Shown here one piece after another: positions 1 through 10,741 of a stretch of DNA of 55,468 nucleotides. Source of the stretch: Pseudovirgaria hyperparasitica (taxonomy: Eukaryota); assembly GCA_010093815.1 (NCBI GenBank), contig ML996594.1; one strand, given 5' to 3'. The position numbers and the translations under genes were made by a program. The notes under the pieces were generated by a model. It saw only the letters and a list, made by a program, of their open reading frames with translations, was not told the DNA's origin and made no database searches. The first letter of the stretch is position 1; each line of letters starts with the position of its first letter.

Positions 1-626
1 AGGTAGATAGAGCTAATATATACTATATAGAAACCCTAGTAAATAGAGCCATAGAGCTACTCCTCTATCTTATTATTACTCTTAGAGTATAGTAAATAAA
101 CTAACTAAGTAATAGAGTAATAGAGGTTAGAGACCTTATCCTCTAGAGTAATCACGCGCTTAGTTAGAGTCTAGTAAGATAATAACTAAGCGCTAGAGTA
201 GAGTAACTAGACCTAAAGTTAGCTAACACGGTCTAGAATAATCTAGAATAGAATATATACCCTCTTATAAGGTAACTTAGAAGGAGAACTAGTAGATCTC
301 TTATAAGACCTATTAGTAGTATAAGATAGATAGAAAGAAATAGCACGAATCTCTTCCGCGGTCTTAGTAGCTAAAACTAACTTTCTAGAATAGATAGTCT
401 AAGTACTAGGAATCTTATAGTAACTAAAAATTATAAGCTAAGGTTAATAATAATTAATAGTTTCTAAACTTATACTTTAATAATCTCTAGAAAGAGCTTA
501 TAGCGCTCTCTAAACTCTCTATATATAGAAGCTAGATAACTACTAGAACCGCTAAGAGTCTTACGGACACGAAGATCGTTATATATATCTTATATATAAA
601 TAGAAATCTAAAAATATATTAGTATA

Positions 627-1561
627 ATAATATTAGTGTTTAACTAGGAAGAACTATATATATAGCCATATATATGCTCCACAGGCTCAGGCCTCCTCTA
701 GTATTGGCTGCTATGTATATAAGAAAACCTCCTATGATTGGCTCCCTAACTAGACCCTATTACTAACCTAACCTAGCCTAGTCTAAGTCCTCGAATCCCA
801 TTAGGTAATAAACTTACTTCTTATCCTTATATTAGGCTTTTTATTACTATATTAGTACCGGCTCTTAATAACGCCCTAACCAACTATAGTAGGTATTACC
901 TTTCTTGTGATTAGGTAGGTCGCTAGGCTAGGCCTAGTCTTTTATTCCTATGTTACCGTGTTTTTTTCCTATCTATGGGAATATAGCTTTACGCCGGGTA
1001 GTAGTTATTAATTAAGATAACTAATGCCGGAGGGGGTGTATATCTAATAGGTCCATGCCTTAGTACTAACCCTAGCTAGGCTGAATTCGGAAATTATTCT
1101 TCGGGGCTATGTAATCGTCTATAGGTAGGCGGGATACTTAATTAGGTATTACCGTCTATTTCGTGGTTACCGAGCCAGAGTAAGCGCGAGCTAAGCCGGA
1201 TTAGGGTAGATAAGGCCCTGGTATATAGTGAAAATTCTATGATTCGAGCTAAGCTAGTTATAGGTCTAGCCGCTCTAGGCATCGCTCTACTACTTAAGGT
1301 GGCTTGGTAGGTGGCTATATTAGGTAATTCTTATTATATAATAATAGTATAGTCATTTTTACATTACCTAATAGTCGCTTAGGACTAAGTAGTTATATAA
1401 TGGTAACCTTCACGTCACGTGCTCGCTTAGCCCTATATACTTTTTAACAGAGTGTGCGAAAACTAGTGTATGAAAAGGTGGCCGTTATAGGATTCGAACC
1501 CACGACGTTAGATAACAAACGCTTCTAGTAACGTAGTATACTACCACTACGCCACCTGGCC
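627..1561 (-). mobile_element. tRNA-derived SINE (~935 bp)
   Basis: 15-bp TSD AAATATATTAGTATA at 612-626 and 1562-1576; the homologous empty site is at ~31190-31205. The 5' head has Pol III A and B boxes, and the 3' end resembles the LINE 3' end. Confidence 0.82.
1477..1561 (-). promoter_or_regulatory. tRNA-like head of the SINE (internal Pol III promoter)
   Basis: Minus strand reads GGCCAGGTGGCGTAGTGGTAG...ACGTTA-loop-TAACGT...GTGGGTTCGAATCCTATAACGGCCACC. A box TGGCGTAGTGG at 1544-1554, B box GGTTCGAATCC at 1490-1500, partial GGCC/GGCC acceptor pairing. Confidence 0.8.
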
Positions 1562-3038
1562 AAATATATTAGTATAGATAACTTTAGATTACTCTAGACT
1601 AAAATAGTCTAATAGACTTATCTAAAGATAAACTTTACTAAGAATAGTATAGTAGTAGTAGTAGATAGGGAGCTTAAAGATTAGATATATAGGTCTATTA
1701 TAGTTAGTAGAGTAGTAGCTAATACTAGAGTTAGAGCGGAAGAGATATTTAGAGCTAGTTATATAAGTCTTAATATACTTAAAGTATATTAAGCTATAGT
1801 TTACTATTTTTCTATAGTATAAACTATAACTATATTTAGTACCTTTAGTAACCTAGGCCTTATTATTACTAGGGCTAGATTTAGAGTAAATATTAAGGTT
1901 CTAAAAGAACCTAGAGTAACTAAGTTAGTCTATATTAGACTAAAAAGAGAAATAGTATTTAGAGTAGGGTGGCGAAGGTATAAACTCTTAATTATTATCT
2001 ATAATAAGATCTTCTTTATTCTCTTAAGAAGATAGAGTAGATAGATAGCGCGAGTAGATAAAGGTAGACTTTATAGCTACCTCTTCCGTAATACTAGTAC
2101 TAGAATTATCTAGATTAGAGTAACTAGTAGCTATATTAGTAGTAATAGTAGTAGTAGTCTTAGCTATCTTCTTCTCTAACTTAGAGTATATCTTTATACT
2201 ACTATAATAAGTAGAATTTTTAGCTAGTATAGCTAGGGTAGAGATAATTCCTTTAGAGCGAGTCTTATAAGAGAAGAAGATAGACTTAGAAATAGAACTA
2301 GTATTAGATATCTATATATATATATTAGCTAGAGATCTAAGAGTAGAATACTTATTTAGTCTTAAGGGCGATTAAAGAAGCTAAATTAGTAACTATAATA
2401 ATATAAATAGATTATATAGGACTAGCTCTAATAAGAATAGACTACTCTAGATCTAAATAGATCTAAACTAAAGGAGATAATATATAAATTAATAACTTAT
2501 CTTAAGAGTAAGATAGATATACTAAAGAAGAAAATTTAGAATAAGAGAGTTAAATATAAGCTTAGTTAATATAGCGGTTATATAACCTATAGAGCTATCT
2601 CTAAGGTAGTAGATAGGAAGTAAGGGATAAGCATATATATAAATAAAAGTAAACTAGAGTTTAAGTTTACTAATATAAAGGCTATTAATAATATTATATA
2701 GATTTAATTAGATATATATATAAATATAACGCTTATAGAATTATAGATTTATATATAGCTAAGTACTTTAGAGCGAAGTATAAAAAGAAGAAGGATATTA
2801 TTAGAGCTAATACTAGAATAGACTTAACTAGACTACTATAGTCTAGTATAGTCTATAATAGATAGACCTAGATTAAGTTAGCTAGATTAAGTAAGACTAC
2901 TATATAAGTAGACTATATATACTTAATTTCTACTCTTTAGAAATTAACCTCGTTATAAGAGTAGACTATCCTTTTAAATATATTTCTAAATCCTTCTATA
3001 ATCTATTAGACTACTATCCTACGTCTATAATCCTTATA

Positions 3039-3320
3039 CTTAGTTCTAGTTAGACTATCTTAACTATAGTACTATATAGAGAGTAATTTAAATATAAGAA
3101 TAGAGTTATTAGATAGTAGTATAGTTAGATAGAATAATAGAGTATATTCTATTATAGAATAAATTACTACTAAACTCTTTTAGTAGGAATCTAAGAGTAT
3201 ATATATAAAGAGACGCTAATCTATCTAGTATATAACCGTTTACTACCCTTCACGCTATCTCCTAACTATGTTAGCTAAGGTATATATAGATTGGGTTATA
3301 CCTAAGACTAAGTCCTAATA
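3039..3320 (-). mobile_element. 5' LTR (3093-3320) plus leader of a second Gypsy B copy
   Basis: Matches ~40829-41109 (228-bp LTR-B and adjacent leader) with RIP-type transitions. Confidence 0.88.
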
Positions 3321-5726
3321 AATATATAGATAGAAGCTTCTATTCTTCTTCTTTATAAAGAGAATTAGAGCTCTAACTAGAGATATACTAGGTCTAATCT
3401 ATTCTTACGTAAGGTTCTTTTTAATATATTCTTAAAGAACTTATAGTTTAGGTTCTAAAAGAGAGTAGATAGATCTATATAGAGGTTATTAGCTATCTTT
3501 AAGATTAATAGTAAGGTTAGTAGATTAGTATTAGAGTAGTTTAGAAGAATTAATTACTAATATAGTAGGTTTTTATCTATTTTAATACTAAGCTTACTAT
3601 TTTATATAAGTAAGAGTATATAGATAGTAGAGATTATATTTTTATAATTCTTCTAGAACTATTTATTATTAATAAGCTATACTAGTTTCTATTAAGGTAG
3701 GTTTATATACTAGCTAGCTATCTTCTTAATAAAGTCTAATTTTAGATTATATTTTTTAAGCTATAGTATATCTAGAATTATATTAAAGGAACTATCTACT
3801 ATAATAAAGATAGAGTAGTAGAGTTTCTATTTCTCTCTACTATTCTAGATACTATATTTAATAGTATAGATACTATATAACTTAATAGAACTATTAATAC
3901 TATAGAATATAGTATCTNNNNNNNNNNNNNNNNNNNNNNNNNNNNNNNNNNNNNNNNNNNNNNNNNNNNNNNNNNNNNNNNNNNNNNNNNNNNNNNNNNN
4001 NNNNNNNNNNNNNNNNNNNNNNNNNNNNNNNNNNNNNNNNNNNNNNNNNNNNNNNNNNNNNNNNNNNNNNNNNNNNNNNNNNNNNNNNNNNNNNNNNNNN
4101 NNNNNNNNNNNNNNNNNNNNNNNNNNNNNNNNNNNNNNNNNNNNNNNNNNNNNNNNNNNNNNNNNNNNNNNNNNNNNNNNNNNNNNNNNNNNNNNNNNNN
4201 NNNNNNNNNNNNNNNNNNNNNNNNNNNNNNNNNNNNNNNNNNNNNNNNNNNNNNNNNNNNNNNNNNNNNNNNNNNNNNNNNNNNNNNNNNNNNNNNNNNN
4301 NNNNNNNNNNNNNNNNNNNNNNNNNNNNNNNNNNNNNNNNNNNNNNNNNNNNNNNNNNNNNNNNNNNNNNNNNNNNNNNNNNNNNNNNNNNNNNNNNATA
4401 GTTATATACTAGTATAATATTAGTTATTTATTATATACTAGTATTACTTTATAAGATTTATAAGAGCTTAGAGATCTATAGAGATTATTATTATAAGATT
4501 AAGATAGTTCTTTATATTTAGAGTAAGAGACTATTTAAAGTTATTATAGTATTAAATTATATAATCTTCTTTAGCTTCTCTCTAGAGAGACTAAAGATAT
4601 TTAAGAAGCTATAATAGTAACTAATTATCTTATTATTAAGTCTTAATGATATAGCTCTAGGTCTAGTTATATTATTTAGCTCTATTACTAAAATATTAAA
4701 GAAGAAATTTAGTAAATATATTCTAGTTATAGGTATTCTTAGAGTATTTAATTTAGTATACTATCTAATATTCTAAAGATATTAGATTAGAGTAGTTCTA
4801 GATAAATCTAATTTTATTACTATTATTTATAAATAGATAAAAGAATTAGCTATATTAGTAAATCTATATATAGAGACTCTTTTTACTTTTACTATTAAAG
4901 TAAGATAGTTTCTTAGATTAGAGTAATTAAGATAGTAGTAGACTAGAATAGACTATTTTAGTTAGTATAGATCTATATAGATATAAATTAATTATTACTA
5001 GAACTAAAGTATATAATATAGCTTTAAGTCTTATAGTATATTCTTAAGCTTTATTAAGTTTATATAGTTATTACTTAAGTTAAGTCTAATATAATATTAT
5101 CTCTCTTTATATAGTCTAGTATATATATTATTATAGGGTATAGTTAATATTAGATAGTGCTAATAAATTAACTTATTAATATTAATAGAGTCTAGTCTTA
5201 TATTAAGATTAGATCTAGTATAGTTTAAACTAGACTAAGATAGAGTATAATAGACTCTATTCTTATATTCTATTATATCTTCTATAATTATATAGAATAT
5301 TATATAAGTTATTAGTATAATAGTCTATAAGATATAGTTATTAGTAGAGGTAGTTATAGATAGACTATTCTTCTTATTTAAGTAAAAAGAAGATCTACTA
5401 TAAGAGACAGTACTATAAGTATTATAATAAGTAGTTAGAGCTATTTCTATAAACTACTATTATACTATATAAAGAGAAATTAAAATATAAGAATTATAGA
5501 TATAAGATAGTAGTCTAATAGATTATAGAAGAATTTAGAAATATATTTAAAAGAGTAGTCTACTCTTATAATAAGGTTAATTTCTAAAGAGTAGAAATTA
5601 AGTATATATAATCTACTTATATAGTAATCTTACTTATTCTAGCTAACTTAGTCTAGGTTCTTCTATTATAGAACTATACTAGACTATAGTAGTCTAGTTA
5701 AGTCTATTCTAGTACTTATTCTAATA
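3321..5726 (-). mobile_element. 5' part of a third Gypsy A copy (5' LTR 5486-5726, gag, protease, start of RT), heavily RIP-mutated
   Basis: Colinear with ~43188-45678, differing mostly by C>T/G>A; contains the assembly gap 3918-4397. Confidence 0.88.
3918..4397. other. assembly gap (N run)
   Basis: Run of n characters. Confidence 1.
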
Positions 5727-5930
5727 ATTAGTCCCTTATATATCTATTTACTTAGCTTCTTCTATAGTTCTTAAATCTACTCTAGATACTACTTTTATTA
5801 GAAGATCTATTAGACTTAGAGTATCTCTTTCTACTTATCTTAGATCTATAACTATATACTCTATATAAGTTTATAAGAGTTCTATTAGTCTAGAAGAGAT
5901 CTATCTATCTATAAGTAGTTATAGAAGTAC
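5727..5930 (-). mobile_element. LINE ORF2 3' fragment related to the LINE at 49864-55120
   Basis: Aligns by eye to ~50502-50700 (e.g. TATATATCTATTTACTTAG, AGAGTATCTCTTTCTACTTATCTTA). Confidence 0.7.
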
Positions 5931-6368
5931 TTTAGAGTAAAGTATTTTAGAAGAGATATTATATAATAAATTATATACTAGGTCTAAAGAACAATTGTTC
6001 CGTAATCTCTAGGAACATTTATCGTAAGCTATGAAGGCCGTAGAAGCAGCTAATATAGGCGCTAACAGAGGCTAATATGGTAATAAGATAGTACTTTAGC
6101 TACTTGAAGTAGGCTTTACCTTACTGTCGGTAGCCTACGATTCCGAATCTGTACAGTCATCGAGAAAAGCTTATGTGCGGTTGGCGCCAAGAGATCGAGG
6201 AATCACCGTCTCCCGCACTCCGGTTGTCCAAAGGGGTAGGTGAATGGAAAGCTTTGCCATGCCGGCGCTCCCCGGGCGAAGTGGTCGGTCAGACGTAGTC
6301 CTAGCCTGTGGCATATATTTAGCCACTACATCCATTCAGCAGGAAACATGACAGACCCACAGCACTAC

Positions 6369-6797
6369 TTACCTCGCACTGCCCAATATCCGTGATGTCG
6401 CAGCATACATAGAGTTTTTAGGAGAACTCTGTTGTGATTGCTGTTCTCTTGCTCTGCCCGACTCCACTATACACTGCATAGATATTCCTCCCCAAGGTAA
6501 TCCAGATAAGTTTGTACTCGATTGTAGCTCTTGTGATTCAGGGCTCGTGTAGGCGGATCCAGCCCACCGTTGATTTCGCAAACTCTTTTCACTTTCCTCT
6601 CGCTGCACCTTTTGTTTCTCTCCTACAATCTAATTTAGTTAAATATACGACTTCTTCGTTGTGGCAAACTCACTGAATCGCCTTTGTGCTAGTTTGTTCT
6701 GGATCTTGCGGCGTTCCTGTGGGTCTCTGACATCATTCCATCTCTCAGCTTCTACGATTGTTCTATTTTGACATGTAGTAGCTTTTCGATCCGACAT
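6369..6797 (-). CDS. small fungal bZIP-like protein (~125 aa); exons 6797-6674 and 6622-6369
   Basis: Spliced translation MSDRK...ERWNDVRDPQERRKIQNKLAQRRF-R-EKQK...LSGLPWGGISM has the bZIP basic motif ERRxxQNxxAQRxFR. The 51-nt GTGAGT...TAG intron (6673-6623) joins in frame to track ORF 6369..6608. Confidence 0.8.
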
Positions 6798-8941
6798 CGA
6801 ATTAGAATAGTCCTTATCCAGTATGTGATCTGTGAATGATGGTGTAATTAAATGATGACTTGGATGGCAATACTCGGATGAAGGGATTGTAACATGGACG
6901 TGGAGATCGAATAGTCGAAATGCTTTGAGTCTATTTCAACACAGAGATGTGAGACCGAGAATTGCTGCGTACTGAAAATACCGTGCGTCAGTGTTTTGAT
7001 TTGCACACAATCGAACGATCTATTGGTGATAATGTATGATTTGCTAAGTATGAATCAATCGGTAGATGCTGTTTGGAGGTGGCGACTATACACTGAAGCG
7101 TATGGAAGCATATACATAACCGAATGGAAAATAAAGACTAAGACCAATCAAGAGAAAGGTCTGGTAGTTGAATACTATTGGGTCAGGATCCAAGCCACTC
7201 GAATAGTTCTCATAAAGATAATAATATAATGTCAGTTTAGGCATCTACATCACTTAGTACCTCAAACGTGGGAACTCACAAGAATCCCCAGTATAAATAT
7301 ATATCGTGGTCGTTTCTGGTATGTGCCATGTCGGCCAGACCGTTTAACCAGCCGTCATATGGCCCTTACAGCGCCGCGTGTATGCTGAACCAAAGCACAG
7401 ACAGGTCCTCATGAACGCCTTGCAGCATAACCGATCGTTTGTGACAGTGAACAGGGTATAGCAGTCCTGGCCATTGGCTAGAGACTTGCGATGACAGAGG
7501 CCCAACCAGCTGAAGTCGAAAATGAACCGCAGCCTTGTGCATACTACAGCACTACCATGGTCTAATTGATGGTTCAACGTCATTCATGTCAATCAGCCGA
7601 AGGATTCGCGTAATACGTACCAGCCCCAGCCAACTATGCACCGTGGAGAAGATTTGGGTCAGATGAGAAACGGATGGCGTGCTCAGCGGAAGCATCCGCC
7701 TCAGGCTTTCTAGGCGAGGGCGTACTTAGTCGATCACGTCCGCTCGGCGAGAGAACATAACAGTGTAACCACTGCACGTCTGCTCTAGAACGACCGGGAG
7801 AATTTATCGACGAATCGCCTGAGACGGATCTCTGGGTGATATCTTAAAGGCAGCTTGGAGTCGAGCATGTAGATCAGGGGCTATGTCTGCTTCTACATTG
7901 GCAGTTGCAGCGAAGTTTGTATAGTGCTGAAGATCTCACCGCTAGATTAAAGGACGAAGGCGACATTAGGACTTAAAGACTCAAGAGAAATTGACGAACA
8001 TGTCGAGTTCGCGTAGGTGGACGATCGGTGAGCTCGAGTGGACATGATAGAAGAAGCCGCGAGCAGTTGCGGTCAAAGTTGAAGCAAAGTTCGGCATGTC
8101 CGCCAGCGAGATCGCGCTCTTCCTTGTTTGGGCAACAAGCCTTTGCGACTAATTATCTACTAATCTGCTAAGCCTCAACCCATCCATTGGCTACCTACCT
8201 TATATCTCTATCACCGTTCTCATTCTCATTCTTGGTCCTTTAATTCCTAGGTCCTGTCTTATATGACCTCGACCTCCACTGTCGATGCATCTACGCTTCA
8301 CTTTCCACTTGATGTCCTTTCGTCTTGTACGACTTGCAATATCTCTCTAGCCTTGTCTTGGTCCCGAACGACTGACATGGCCTCAACCACGTCAATGCTC
8401 TCCATCTGAAATCTAGCTGTGGATTGAATCGCGTTATTTTTTATACCCTTTAGACCATCTGAAGAAGCGAAGCTCATGCCGCAGAATAGACAGGTTGTCT
8501 TTTCCTCAAATCAATTAGCTACCTATTATGCTCTTTGTTGGAATGCATCTACGCAGGGCATCTCCGGCAGTTACTGAATTATCATTTCGAATAGGAACCG
8601 GGATTTTGATATCACAGCTAGGACTGAGATGTATTCAGATATTAGAATAACGAATAAAAAATGCAACTGTCGCTGTTAGGAGAGCACTGTTGGATTGCTG
8701 AAAACATGCGTGACGTTGCTGCCTAGGGAAGCGGCTCTAGTGGCTGGTGCCAACCCCCGCGAGCTGCTGAAATTATTTCTTCAGACATGACATACACACC
8801 ACTATCGAATTCTCAACGTTGTTTCGCATCAAGTTTGCTTCTTGTGTGGACGCAACCAGCAGAATCCTGTCCCAATCTCTGCTGTTACCCTCATTCCCAG
8901 TAAGATCTCTTCTCTGCGTCTACTGCTGATCGGTGCCCGTC

Positions 8942-9453
8942 ATGAAAATCCTCACCCTCAATTTCCTCATGTGCGCCCGCAAAGCATGCAAGTCCAGCAG
9001 CGATGCCTTTCCACTACACCCACGCGACGTAGAGCTCGAAATCGTCGAGACCGACATCAACCCGCTATTCATCCGCAATATCTTGCCGCGAGTGGAGTGG
9101 GCCGCTCTGAGAGCCATGTGCAACGAGGTACGCACTTTCTTCGAAAGCAACCCTTTCGCATCGTATCATCACACGTGACTGCAATACGCAGCAAGACTCA
9201 AACTAATTGCACCATGCAGCTTGGTCTTCCCCAACTCTCCGAAACTCAGCCATCGTGTACCGACCTATTCAGCACCGAAAATCTCGACCCTGATGCGACT
9301 GACAGCGAACCCACACAAACTCTCAGGGATCTGCATAATCTACTCGTACAAACGTGCATCATGGAGGGCAAACTCGTTTGTGGAAACTGCGGGCACGAAT
9401 ACGCTATCAAAGAGGGTATTGCAAATTTTCTGTTGCCAAGTCATATGGTGTGA
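8942..9453 (+). CDS. TRM112: Trm112 multifunctional methyltransferase activator subunit (139 aa); exons 8942-9127 and 9220-9453
   Basis: N-terminus MKILTLNFLMCARKAC and C-terminus LHNLLVQTCIMEGKLVCGNCGHEYAIKEGIANFLLPSHMV are typical of Trm112. Intron 9128-9219 reads GTACGC...CTAAT...CAG. Confidence 0.95.
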
Positions 9454-10741
9454 GGGTCAGTACGCATAACGCGTGGCGTCGATGCACAACGTTCTGGACC
9501 ATCGAGGCACAATATTCATGGAGTGCTGGGATACAGCGGGAGCCGAGTCTGCGTGCAGCGCCATAGGAAAGACGATGTGCTCGCTGATAAAACAGTTGGA
9601 CGGGACGTACCAAAGACGAGTAAGCAGTTGCAGTTGTTGCCTTGCGCCTTTCCCGACGTGCTTGATATGGATACCGGCTGCGGTTCAGCCAATCGTGCTA
9701 TCCAGAACTCTTCCTGCGAACAACAGATTGCGGTGGTAGAGCGGGTCCTGACACCGAGCCGCACTGCCCAGATTAGCGTGAGGCTGAGGTAACCCGGAGA
9801 ACGAGCATCTCAAAACGCCCTTTTAGACAGGGCCGCAACAAGCTCAACATGAAAAGGCACAACATGCATCGAGGAAGGGATTACATTGGGTCGCAGGACA
9901 TCCGCCATATCAGATACACAGACTCCACGCGACATAGAAATCCAATTATGGCATGACGCTCAAACAGAGATTACATACATGCCCTCAGGAATAAAAATTT
10001 AAAACAAAATAGGCCATGGATATATTGCTCTTGCATTAATTGCTGTGAAATCGTTGATAACCCGGCTGAGTGTATGTAGTATGCGTTACAGTGGGAAATA
10101 TTCGCGTTATCGTCTAAACCAAAACAGGGGTCTTGAAAAGTTAAGGGACATGCACGACTCGTGAAGACAGCAAAGGGGTCAACTGTTACTGAAGGACAGT
10201 CCGAGTCCGAGTGACTCGAGGTGCTGAAGATAGAATCGCCGATCAGCGAGCTGCGTGAAAATTCATACTTCAGGTCTTGCGTCGGGCCGCGAGTGAGTCA
10301 TACATGCCTGAGCAGTGCACATACTGCGAAGCTTCACGAAAGAGCATTGCAGCGTGCACTCGTATTTCCCATGTGGCCTCGTTTGTTGAAACCCGGTAGC
10401 AAGCACGTCGAACGCCTATAATGTGATGATAAGAATCTACGTGCTGTGTTTCAGTGTGACGGTGGCGTGGGCGCTGTGTTAAGTCGGTGAGAGTGACTGC
10501 AGATTGCAATCGTAAATTCGTAGGCGCTCAAAAATGCGAACGAGTTGTTACAACAGAGGCCGTTGTCGCGCCGACCGGGTGCAGGTGCTTTTTGTGTTGG
10601 TCGTTTTAAGTGATGCTGCCTTGTACGGCGTGTTAGCTCGGGAGGCGATGGCGGAGCTCACAATGAAGACCGCAACCATGCATGTGGATTGACCCACAGA
10701 TGAGTAAGACCTGGCCGTAGCTGCCATTCCTGTCTCCCTTT

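Larger units (their letters stand above)
1..3038 (+). mobile_element. 3' part of a second copy of Gypsy A (accessory region, PPT, 3' LTR 2799-3038), RIP-degraded and interrupted by a SINE
   Basis: 1-626 and 1562-2798 are the reverse complement of ~29969-32367. 2799-3038 is the reverse complement of LTR-A (45439-45678). The purine tract AAAAAGAAGAAGGATAT directly precedes the LTR. Confidence 0.9.

Noticed and set aside
1477..1561. Functional tRNA gene (Ser-AGA-like)
   Set aside because: Acceptor and D stems pair poorly, and it sits exactly at the edge of a TSD-flanked insertion; better explained as a SINE head.
6996..7583. 77-aa and 79-aa intergenic ORFs
   Set aside because: No recognisable domains or splice support.
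8842..9792. Overlapping short ORFs around TRM112, including the 203-aa ORF
   Set aside because: Explained by the two spliced TRM112 exons plus alternative-frame or antisense shadows; no recognisable motifs.
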